Assembly: GCF_006345805.1 (NCBI RefSeq)
Contig: NW_021835479.1
Coordinates: 1-64,000, forward strand
Direction: 5' to 3'
Length of the DNA: 64,000 bases
From: Octopus sinensis
Lineage: Eukaryota
The notes beneath the pieces are model-generated. The model had not been told where the DNA came from and ran no database searches. It saw nothing but the letters and a program-made list of their open reading frames with translations. This document shows positions 53,070 through 64,000 of this stretch, piece by piece; positions within the stretch are counted from its first letter, which is position 1, and each line of letters opens with the position of its first letter. Both the position numbers and the translations under genes were made by a program.

Positions 53070-53235
53070 TAGATCAGTCCTAATTCAGAAGACCTATGAC
53101 CAAAGCATTCCAGCCGTGACCATGTTGTTTTATACTACTTATAACTATATTATGTGGGTTTTTTTGTATTACAGAAGGCAGAGTGCTACTGCAACGATAT
53201 TTAGTTGCATTTCTACAAGTTTGAGCGACCATTGG
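53070..53235. mobile_element. Representative of an old dispersed repeat of unknown class (family F)
   Basis: The motifs (t)gat/ccaaagcattccagccgtgacc and gattt(a/g)gctgctatttctagc recur near 18620-18880, 24560-24700, 29400-29560, 30050-30270, 47440-47520, 54230-54290 and 55600-55680. Confidence 0.55.
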
Positions 53236-53679
53236 TTCGTAAGTTGCTTGAGTAAGTGAGCTTGTTTGTTATATCTACACACTGCTTGGTGTTGTGTAAT
53301 TATTTAAGGACAACTGTTGGAAGGCTGGATGTGTGAATGAGTGAATGGGTGAACATTCGGGGTGAACGGGTGGATGAATGAAATTGCAAAATGGTGAAAG
53401 GTGGAACGAAGGAAATGAGACGAAGGAAAGAAACAATGAATAGCAAAGAAAAGTGAGAGGAAAGAAGAGAAATGTAGAAAGGTGTACGGAGAAAGGAAGG
53501 TAATAAAGGAAAAGGTCATAGAAAGAGAAGGACAATGGAAGTGCATGAAATAAAATGAGAAAAAAAGGAGACAAAAAAGGGGGGGGTATAAATAACAAAA
53601 ATATTATTAAAAGAGAAAGAAGGGAAGACATAAACAACAATGGCGAGTGAAGGGAAAGCACAAATATGAAAAAAGAAAC

Positions 53680-53895
53680 GTACGTATGTACGTATGTATG
53701 TATGTATGTATGTATGTGTGTATGCATGTATGTGTGTATGTATGTATGTGTGTATGTATGTATGTGTGTATGTATGTATGTATGTGTGTATGTATGTATG
53801 TGTGTATGTATGTATGCGTGTATGTATGTATGTGTGTATGTATGTATGTATGTATGTATGTATGTATGTGTGTATGTATGAGTGTGTGTGTGTAT
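53680..53895. repeat. (TATG)n/(TG)n compound microsatellite
   Basis: Source of the MYVC/HTYI ORF artefacts. Confidence 0.95.
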
Positions 53896-54304
53896 ATAGT
53901 AAGTAAAAAGATTGAAAAACCGGAAGTTGTAGCATTCAAGGACATTGAGTGCAAAATGAAAAGCTTAAGTTCCCAACGCAGTATCGAAACTGGGTCGCCA
54001 ATTGTCTTCATAGGGACTAACCCCTTTTGCGCTTATCCGCTCGAGGAAATCGAAATTACCGTGTTGTGAATTGGCATGACGTCTTTGTGCAAGGAAAGTA
54101 AAGTTGTTTGGTTGTCTTAGTTTGGAATGCGAACTTTACGACCTGGACGCTAGAAATTGTTTAATGTATCTCACATAGTCATTGCTGCTGTTGTTGTTCT
54201 TGTTGCTATTGCTGTTGCGGTTTACTACCATGTCAGTGCTGATTAGGTAAACCTATGATCAAAAGCATTCCAGCTGTGACCAACCTGCCTTTATTGCATA
54301 TCTC

Positions 54305-54701
54305 ATTTACTTTTTTTACTTGTTTCAGTCATTTGACTGTGGCCATGCTGGAGCACCACCTTCAAGTCGAACAAATCGACCCCAGGACTTATTCTTTGTA
54401 AGCCTAGTACTTATTCTATCGGTCTCTTCTGCCGAACCGCTAAGTTACGGGTACGTAAGCACACCACCATCGGTTGTTAAGCGATGGAGGGAGGACAAAC
54501 ACAGACACACAAACATACACACACACATATATATATATATATATACATATATACGACGGGCTTCTTTCAGTTTCTGTCTACCAAACCCACTCACAAGGCT
54601 TTGGTCGACCCGAGGCTATGGTAGAGGACACTTGCCCAAGGTTCCACGCAGTGGGACTAAACCCGGAACTGTGTGGTTGGTAAGCAAGTTACTTACCACA
54701 A
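54305..54701 (-). mobile_element. Family A SINE, near full length
   Basis: tacttgtttcagtcatttgactgtggcc...(CA)n(TA)n...gtaagcaagttacttaccaca. Confidence 0.92.
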
Positions 54702-55295
54702 ATTAACATATCTTTTTCTACTTAAGATTCTAATGTATGATTTGAGAGGTATTACTTAAACTTTTCGCACCTTTGGAGCATTGGCCTGCGATAGCTTTTT
54801 TTTGTACTGTCTTTGCCTCTAGATTCTCTTTTCTGTCCCTCTACTGGTTTTTCAGCTCTACCTTTCGAATTTTGCTGCACCACGCCCAATGTTTCCCCAA
54901 GGGAAGGCTTTCTTCCTCCAGTTTTTGTTCTTTTTGAATTGTCATCAGCTTTTTTTAAATGGGGTGTTGACCTGATGCAAATTCATTTTTATCTCTGGTA
55001 ACAGGTGATCCACATTGGTTTGGCCTCTTTCTTTTCACCTGTTCTGCATGGGAGGTCCTATCTGAAGCTTGCGTCCTATGGGCATAGCTCTCATGATCAA
55101 TCAGGCATATAAGCCACCTCACATAACAAGGACTGGATCTTATACACGTGCCTGTGGAATATTCCCTGTACATTTCGCAACTGCAATTTTTCTGCCACAT
55201 TCTTCGTGGTAATGGCGATTTGACGTCTATGTCTAGCGTATAGGCTGTCCACTTTAGTGGTCAGTCCTGTAAATTTGATATATATATATATATAT

Positions 55296-55364
<69 letters not shown>

Positions 55365-55693
55365 AAGAGAGATAGATAGATAGATAGATAGCTATGGAGA
55401 TATAGAGAGAGAAAGAGTTTGGTCTAGTTTGTACCGCTTAACCCAGTCACGTGCGTTTTGATGTTTGTTCCTATATTAATGACTTCAATAGAGAACTCAA
55501 ACAAAGATATAGACAAAGCCTGCGCTACTTTGAATACATTAATAACAATATATTACTGAAACACAAAGCAACAAAATCGTGTTTATCACCGTTAGAGTGC
55601 TCAATAAATCACCCTATGATCTTAAGTGTTCCAGCCATGATTTTCCAATCTTATTTTTTAGGTATAATATACCTAGGGTTATATTATCCAAAG

Positions 55694-56000
55694 TGTGAAG
55701 GCGCGTGGCCCAGTGGTCAGAGTGTTGCATTCATGATTGCAAGATCGTGGTTTCAATCCCTGGACTGCGTTGCCCGCTGTGTTCTTAAGCAAGACTTTTC
55801 GTTTCACGTTGCTTTGCTATTACTTCGACATCCATCATGTGGTACACCGTGTACCTGTAGAGATAATGCCAGTTTGATGGAGGATGTGAGCTCATGTACA
55901 CCACAAGCGTTTGATCACTATAAACGAATCATCTCTGTAGGCTCTTCAGCAAGGAATTGCAGAACCTCCGCCAGCCGTTTACGACTGGTGGAGAATCCGC
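55694..56000 (+). mobile_element. Family E SINE: C-like tRNA head with a different 3' body
   Basis: ggcgcgtggcccagtggtcag...ggtttcaatccc...gtgttcttaagcaagac, then tttgatcactataaacgaatc in place of the V-like core. Confidence 0.7.
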
Positions 56001-56417
56001 CACTATCCAAACTGAAGAGCCTGATCTGAATGAGATTTCTGTTAATTCTAGCAGGTTGAGCAACTGCTAATGGCTTCTGTGTTTGGTTTCAAGACCAAAG
56101 ATTTCTAGATGTGGAGGACAATGAAGTCGTAATGTGCTCCTACCAATCACGAGAACTTAGAAGCATAAATTAGGCGAAACCACGACCATCACACGGTTGG
56201 GAGGTAGTTTAGTTCATAATGTTTGACACTTGACTTTCAGATACATGTTAATAATAACAAACTTCTTGAAACAGAAATAATGAGGTTATTGACTAAAAGA
56301 CTTGTAATAATTATTTCGTCTTTGCATCTACTCTGTTCAGATTTCAGGAATGACGTCATATCGTCATCCAGTTTACACTAAAGAAAATATGTACCAGATT
56401 ATATTTTATGGCTTCGA

Positions 56418-56496
56418 AAGGCGGCGAGCTGGCAGAATCGTTGGTGCGGAATTTCAGGCCTAATGCCTATAGTAGAAATTATTATTATTATTATTA

Positions 56497-56547
<51 letters not shown>

Positions 56548-56770
56548 CATCATTATGGCGTGCTAACGATTATGCCCGCTCGCCATAAATCTTAGCAGCG
56601 GCATTTCGTTCATCTTTACGTTCTAAGTTCAAATTGCGTCGAGGTCGACTTTGTCTTTCATCTTTTTAGGGGTCGAAAAAAATAAGTACGAGCCGAGCAT
56701 TGGGGCCGATGTAATCAACTTACCCCCTGTACCGAAATTTGTGGCCTTGTGCCAAAATTTGTAATCAATA
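56418..56770 (+). mobile_element. Rearranged family B pair: head-plus-tail remnant, (ATT)n, then a copy with an inverted 5' end
   Basis: 56557-56584 is the reverse complement of the B head, while 56590-56770 is the B body in + orientation. Confidence 0.8.
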
Positions 56771-56937
56771 ATTTATGGCATGTTTGAGCCTATTCGAGGG
56801 CTCAGAAACCGGTTGTATTCGTTGTGTTCTAGTTCTGATTCAATTACGACCATACATACTCCTAAAATACAAATTATGCCTATACGCTTCGAAAACGAAT
56901 TATAAGCAGCAGGGTTCTGTGATATTCATGCCTTTAC

Positions 56938-57007
56938 CAGAGATGTACTAGCAGTAGCAGCGTGAGGAGGGTGGCGGGGAGATTGGAATGGTTTCAATCC
57001 GGGAAGT
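56938..57007 (-). CDS. Candidate 70-nt internal exon (LPGLKPFQSPRHPPHAATASTSL)
   Basis: Acceptor ctgtcctcattttag and donor CTG|GTAAAG, one open frame, GC-richer unique DNA. No homology recognised. Confidence 0.2.
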
Positions 57008-57484
57008 CTAAAATGAGGACAGTTCAGCCTCGTTGTAACAGAAGTTTACCATTTGCATTGCGAGGCTTGAGTCAAATGTGTGTTAATAATGAATGAAGGA
57101 TAGTCGTGGGAAAATGTTAAAAATAATATCATCACCCCATTAAGATATGAAAATATGGTTATTAATACAATGTTTGGTTTGGTTTACCATTGTCAAGGGT
57201 CAGCTCTATTATTCACACATGTTCACATATTTGTGTATTTACACATGCATAAAATACAATGACAAAGCGACGCTCATGAAACCACACACTTAATCGCACG
57301 TACACACATACACTTAAAACGCATTCAAGCATACACACAAACACAGAATATATTCAAGTACACACACACACACACACACATGTATGCATGCATAAAATAC
57401 ATTCAAGCATACACACTCACATACAATAATATTTGAATACACAAAACACTTTTCCGTTGTTCATTCATGATGTTGGTACTCAGT

Positions 57485-57538
<54 letters not shown>

Positions 57539-58261
57539 CATATACATGCACAAAAGATTATGAATGCGTATATATAACTATGCGTGTGTGCGTGTACGTG
57601 TGTACATGCGTACATGCTACATATACATACACACACATACATACATATATATATATTCATATATGGAAAAATATTTATATGTATAGATATATATGTACAA
57701 GCATATATATATTCCTATACATAAATATATACGTATATACACCACACACACACACACACACACAACACACACACACACACATACACAAAGGTGCTCACCC
57801 AGAGAACAAGAGTAATGAAGTTGAGCAGGAAGACATCAATATGAGAAATTAGTGAAGGAGGAAGCGAAAGAGATGGCAAAGAGGCGATGGCGACCAGACA
57901 GACAGCGACACCTAACCATACGAGAGCGAATCATTTGGATGTTATTTTAATGTTGCACTTAAAATGACTTCCAACCGGTTAACCTTCCTCTTTTAAATCT
58001 ATTTCACGTTTTCAACATTGTTTATAAACACTGTGTACAGTTCTTTAAACGTATAACATATTTAATAGTCCGATGCTCATGTTGACTGAATGAATATTCA
58101 TTACACATTGTAATGGCGAACCGGTGGATTAATTCAGTGAATCGTTAGGCCAATGAGGAAACCACCAAATGATGGCTCGAACAGCTAGAAATAGTAGATT
58201 ATTATCCCTAAACTTATAGTCTAACATCTTGAGTAAAGAATAAAGTAGGAATCGTTAACCT

Positions 58262-58672
58262 TTTGTGTTTTATCTTTTTTTATATTGGACTGCTGCCACG
58301 CTGGAGCACCGCCTTGAATGGTTTAGTCGAACAAATCGCTCGCAGTACATATTTTTAAATGTTGGTAATTATTCCGTCATTTCTTTTGCTGAACAACTAA
58401 GTTACGGGAAAGCAGAAAAACTAACACCACTTTTCATGCGATAGAGGTGACAAATACACACACACACGCACACACATACATGCACACACATACATGCACA
58501 TACACATATACATAAATACGACGGGCTCCCACACAGATTTTTGTTTTTGTTTGCCAAATTCACTCATGAGGAATTGGTCGGCTAGGAACTATAGCATAAG
58601 AAATTTTCCCAAGGTGCCATTCAGCAAGATTGAACCCAAAACCATGTGATTGTAAAGCGAGATTCTTAACCA
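58262..58672 (-). mobile_element. Old family A SINE
   Basis: ttggactgctgccacgctggagcaccgcc...acgacgggctcccacacag...cccaaggtgcc...cttaacca. Confidence 0.85.
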
Positions 58673-58946
58673 TCAGCGTACTTAGAGTTGATCTAACTCA
58701 ATGTCTTGAACAAAAATGCTGGAGTGGGCACAGCTTTATGTGGGTCTGGTCAAACACGGGGGTCCAGGGGATGAACGACAGCTAGAACGACATCAGTAAT
58801 CGATTTAAGGTCAATTTTCATTACCAGACGATTAATGAAATAAATCTTATTTTACTCATGCTCCAATCTATTATTCTCATTACTTCTCCAAACAAAAAGG
58901 TCCGAACGAACAGTTCATATCAATAGTTACACTCCCTCAAACACAG

Positions 58947-58984
<38 letters not shown>

Positions 58985-58988
<4 letters not shown>

Positions 58989-59300
58989 CCTTGCCTTCGA
59001 ACGTGGAGTAGTGGCAACAGGGGCAACTGAAGAAGGGGGATATTCTTTATGTTGTATGTCTCGTTTCTGTTATTTTTTCGTTGTTCGAAAAAATGTCCGT
59101 TTCTATCTTTTTGTTTTTATGTTTTCGTTTCTCTTGTGTTCAACGTTTTTTTTTTGATGTCCTGTACCCATATATGCATGTATATATAATTATATATGAA
59201 GGTATGTACATATATGTATGTATATATGCATATATATATATAGTATTTATATTATTATATGATCGAATGCCACGCATCCTTTTCCAAGTAAGTTTTATCT
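58985..59300 (+). mobile_element. Relative of the 10850-11776 element, starting at (TA)n
   Basis: ccttcgaacgt...ctgaagaagg...gttttcgtttctc...gtcctgtacccatatatgcatg...acgcatcc..ttcc/taagtaag are shared. Confidence 0.75.
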
Positions 59301-59304
59301 ATCT

Positions 59305-59531
<227 letters not shown>

Positions 59532-60041
59532 CTTTCTCTCTCTCTATATATATATATATAGAAAGAGAGAGGGGGGGAGGAAAGGGAGAGAGAAAGAGAA
59601 GGAAAGTCTGTGCTTTGACAAAGTTAATTTATATTTTGGCGAGCCAATACTTCGTGTAAATGTGTTTGTCAATCAGTCTATCAGACTATTTTGACGATGT
59701 ACGCCCTTCCTTGAGTTTCTGGTCACCCACCCACCGTTTACATAACATACATTCATGCATATACGCACACACACACGCACACATAAACACACACACGCAT
59801 ATATCGATACATGTGTGTATTTATATATATATATATACATACATACATACATACATATATATATACAAGCATATATATATATATATACATATATATACGT
59901 ACATATATATATATACATTTTTATATATACATACATAAATACACACATACACATATATATACATACATAGATACATATATATATAAAATTTTAATATACA
60001 AAAAGACATACATACACACACAATATAATATACATACATAG

Positions 60042-60083
<42 letters not shown>

Positions 60084-60089
60084 CATGAT

Positions 60090-60126
<37 letters not shown>

Positions 60127-60368
60127 GATACATATATATATATATATATATATAATATTATATATATATAGTTACACACGCACACACATTTTTTTATAAC
60201 AGCATTTATACATATAGCTGTGTGTCGTTTTGTATGATGCATATTTATATACATCCATTCAGCCATCCACACACACACACACACACACGTATATATATGC
60301 ATGTGTATGTTTATACATTGTGTATGTATGTTCACACGCTTTCACGTGTAAATTTGTTTTTGTATGAA

Positions 60369-60408
<40 letters not shown>

Positions 60409-60774
60409 TGTGAGTGAGAGAGAAAGAGAGGAACCTGCTCATGTATTGACATATCAAACTAATACATGTGTGTAATTAAAATCGTCCTAAGTAGGGGAGA
60501 ATGCAGTTCAGTCGGTAATAGTTATAACAACATGTAAAAACACCCTAAGGGCTTTTAAACAAACCCTCTCTTAAACGCGTCACAGACATATTCCGTATGT
60601 ACACACACACACGCACACACACACACACACGCACGCACTTACTCACGCAAGCAGCAGCCAGGAAATATCGAAGGAAGACGTCAGCCATTTTTTAAAAATC
60701 GTGCTTGTTGTTTTTTTTTTTTTTTGACTGAGTATTTAGCATTTAACGTTTTAAGCTTAACGAGATGTCAATGG

Positions 60775-60792
60775 TGACGTCATTGACACGTG
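60775..60792. promoter_or_regulatory. Perfect CRE (TGACGTCA) next to a palindromic E-box (CACGTG)
   Basis: tgtcaatggTGACGTCAttgaCACGTGat in SINE-free DNA. Motif match only. Confidence 0.25.
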
Positions 60793-61344
60793 ATAAATAT
60801 TCAGATTAATTGGCCGATAACTAATCGTTTGTCTGATGTCTCTGGAGTTCCCATTTCTGGAAAGTACTTAAGAAGATTCATCTCGAAGGGAGCTCCGTTG
60901 ATTGACAATTTAATGTCGGCTGGAGGTGACAGACATCTGAATAAATTCCGGAGTTTCCGGAGTTAGGGAAGTTTATTCATCTCTCCCTTTGTCTGTCAGT
61001 CTGTCTGTTTCTCCAACGCACACACACACATATATAATTGTACATGTACAATTACCATGTTCATGTGTATGTATGTAATATGCATATTCTTATGTTTGAA
61101 TGCTACAACTCTCTCTCTCTCTTTCTCCCTGTTTCTAACTACACTCTCTTGATACATACCGGAACACACATTTATAAGCGTATACAAACACACACACATA
61201 ACAAAAATATGTTTATACATAATGGAGAGAAGGCTAACAAACTTGCTTTAGTGAAAGTCAACAAAAAACAAAAATGGATTCAAATTATTAAACTAACATG
61301 AATAGTGACGATACACTGATTTCATTTATTTAAATCTTTTGTTT

Positions 61345-61578
61345 AAGTCGTTGGACTACGGTCATTCTGGAGCACCGCATTGGAGTATGTTAATCGCATA
61401 AAGCGATCTCAGAACTTATTTTTTAAAGACTGGTTCTTATTCTACATTTTCTCTATTTCCGAACCGCTAAGTTACGAGGACGTAAACTCACCAACACCGA
61501 ATGTGAAACGGTGGAGGCGGGACAGACACAAACACACACGCACACACACACACACACAAACACACACGCACGCACGCA

Positions 61579-61625
<47 letters not shown>

Positions 61626-61750
61626 CAAGTTTCTATCAGTTTCCATCTACCAAATCTACTCACAGGGAACTGGTCAATCCGGGGCTACGGTAGAATACAC
61701 TTGCTCACGGTGCCACGCAATGTGATTGAATCCAAAACCACATGGTTTCC
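61345..61750 (-). mobile_element. Old family A SINE
   Basis: gttggactacggtcattctggagcaccgc...ccgaaccgctaagttacgaggacgtaaac...(CA)n...cacggtgccacgc. Confidence 0.85.
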
Positions 61751-62071
61751 ACGCAGACATGTCTCGGCCGATGATTAATTTTGTACAAGAAAGACAAGAG
61801 AGAGACCACTTCGAAATCCCAATTTCTACAGTTGGGAGTGTTAATCTGATCTATGATAATCATGTCGATAACTCTGGGCATGTTTTAGTTTCATCAGACC
61901 TCTTCATTAAAACACACTCTTCCTTGTATTTGCCAGACTCTACATGACTAACAACTATTGAATGAATGACCCATAAGCGCTAACGAGTACTTTCTTCACT
62001 ATAGGTGTAATATTTATTAATTTATGATTATTTAAGCTCGCTTATATTACAGCATTTCAAAATCATATATT

Positions 62072-62682
62072 CTCTTCTACTCTAGGCACAAGGCCCGAAA
62101 TTTGGGGGAAGGGGCCAGTCAATTAGATCAACCCCAGTACGTAACTGGTACTTGTTTAATCGACCCCGAAAGGATGAGAGGAAAAGTCGACCTCGGCGGA
62201 ATTTGAACTCAGAACGTAACGATAGACGAAATACTGATAAGCATTTCGCCCGGCGTGCTAACATTTATTTCTTTATTGCCCACAAGGAGCTAAACATAGA
62301 GGGGAAAAACAATGATAGACAAAGGGATTAAGTCGATTACATCGAAACCAGTGCGTAACTTGTACTTAATTTATCGACCCCGAAAGGATGAAAGGCAAAG
62401 TCGATCTCGGTAGAGTGTGATCTCAGATCGTAAAGACAAACGAAATACCTATTTCTTTACTACCCACAAGGGGCTAAACACAGAGTGGACAAACAAGGAC
62501 AGACAAACGGATTAAGTCGATTATATCGACCCCAGTGCGTAACTGATACTTATTTAATCAAACCCGAAAGGATGAAAGGCAAAGTCGACCTCGGCGGAAT
62601 TTGAACTCAGAACGTAACGGCAGATGAAATACGGCTACGCATTTCGCCCGGCGTGCTAACGTTTCTGTCAGTTCGCCGCCTT
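62072..62682 (-). mobile_element. Trimeric family B SINE, second independent insertion, 18-bp TSD
   Basis: Same junctions as 19552-20162. TSD atttc(a/t)aaatcatatatt at 62054-62071 and 62683-62700. Confidence 0.92.
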
Positions 62683-62879
62683 ATTTCTAAATCATATATT
62701 AATCATGCAGAATACTGAGTGATTATCCCTTCCTTCCGCTATTCTCCTATATATTTATAGAGATATATATGCATGTATTGTATATAGGATGTGGGGAGCC
62801 AAACTACGAAAAAAGTTTTTCCACATCTATTTACCTGTTTCTGATGGTGAAGCATACTTACGGCTAGGCATGGTCAGCT

Positions 62880-63660
62880 CAGAACTGGTGAATTGCCAAC
62901 CAGTTAACTGAATTGAAGTATCATAGGTGAGGTGACGTCTTGTTGCATTTGGATGGGTGATGAGTAATCGTGATTGGACAAGTTTATGAACTGATAGGTT
63001 CAGAAATATTTATAATCTGGTAAAGGCTGCATGTGGTGTTGAAGAAGAAATCATGAGTGCTTGGGGTGTCTCTTTGTTAATTAAGGATACATACAAGAGA
63101 TACAACTAATTGATGTTGGAAAGTAAGGATTGGAGACATTTCATTTTCTACCCGACTGGCATCATTTAAGACTAACATCATCTCTAACAGTTGAGATCAT
63201 TGAAGTCACCAAGAATGATGACTTCGGAGAGCGGTAAAGTGAGTCAGATGTCCTCTATGCTGGAAGAGTTACTGGTAGTTGGAGGAGTTTGTAGAGCAGT
63301 TACGGAAACAAATATATTTGGAGAAGAGGAGGGAGACCTTGAGCTAGCGTATCTGTAAGGCTTTGTTGTTGATATTCAGGTGAGAGAGGTAAATGGCGAG
63401 GAGAATGTATGCGTGTGCTGACACTACATCTCAGAGTGAAGTTCAAATAGAGAGAGTAGCGTGGGCAGCAGAAGAGGATTATAAATAAGCTCTGAGAGAT
63501 TTATAACTTGGAGAGGAACAAGAGATAATGTGAGTGGTCTAGTTTGGATCGAAGCCCACGGTTTTAGAGGAAATTAGGGACAATTGTTCAGCGTGTTTAT
63601 ATCTTGTTAAGCTCATCTGAAGAAATTAGAGGTTGTAGATGACCCTCGGTGTTCACGATA
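62880..63660 (-). mobile_element. Degraded APE endonuclease region of a CR1/L2-group LINE
   Basis: Minus strand gives TPPTTSNSS...LPLSEVIILGDFNDLN (GDFN motif) and later LSNHD (SDH-like). Many stops. Confidence 0.65.
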
Positions 63661-63931
63661 ATTCTCTGTAACCTTTATGTATGCAACACAGTAAACAGCT
63701 ATTCCTTGAGCGCTTGGCCATGTTAAGCCAAGAGACGTGATGTGCCTACCAAAAGTAACAGCAAACTAATGAAGGTAACCTTTTATGTCATAAAGGAGTC
63801 TACCTTAGATAGGTGGTGATTCAGTTTAATATACCTAAACAACTATATATATCTTAGCTTCCAATAAATGGATCCGTTGCTTTAAAATTATATAAGGTAG
63901 ATGTAAATGTACACATGCCTGTATATATATT

Positions 63932-63969
<38 letters not shown>

Positions 63970-64000
63970 CATTCATGTTGCCGCAGGCAAACACATAAAC

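Noticed and set aside
54800-55250. Possible LINE ORF1 zinc-knuckle relic on the minus strand
   Set aside because: Cys/His spacing is only recoverable by mixing frames, so it is not supportable.
57790-57950. Protein-like frame YEKLVKEEAKEMAKRRWRPDRQR
   Set aside because: Purine-rich bias explains the open frame, and there is no polypyrimidine acceptor.

Overview
AT-rich eukaryotic DNA, dense in microsatellites (TA, CA, CATA, TATC, TAA, GAA, AAAAT). The SINE repertoire and repeat style point to an octopus (coleoid cephalopod) genome; this is inference from recall, not a database result. No intact protein-coding gene is recognisable, and nearly all ORF-track entries are microsatellite or SINE artefacts. 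The window is intronic or intergenic and holds about 35 tRNA-derived SINE copies. I sort these into working families: A (internal microsatellite), B (including a trimer that moved as one unit), and C, D and E (C and D carry a V-domain-like core). It also holds an internally deleted mariner with intact TIRs, an RTE LINE 3' end, a Penelope-like (PLE) GIY-YIG relic, a CR1/L2-type endonuclease relic and a (TAA)n-embedded 560-bp element. The main unexplained signal is a set of seven type I hammerhead-ribozyme motifs carried by short non-coding elements, mostly sitting in or beside (TA)n. Four are minimal, and three have a stem II extended to about 85-100 nt. Other notable items are an 82-bp-arm palindrome formed by inverted duplication and a possible gene start at about 22.6 kb.
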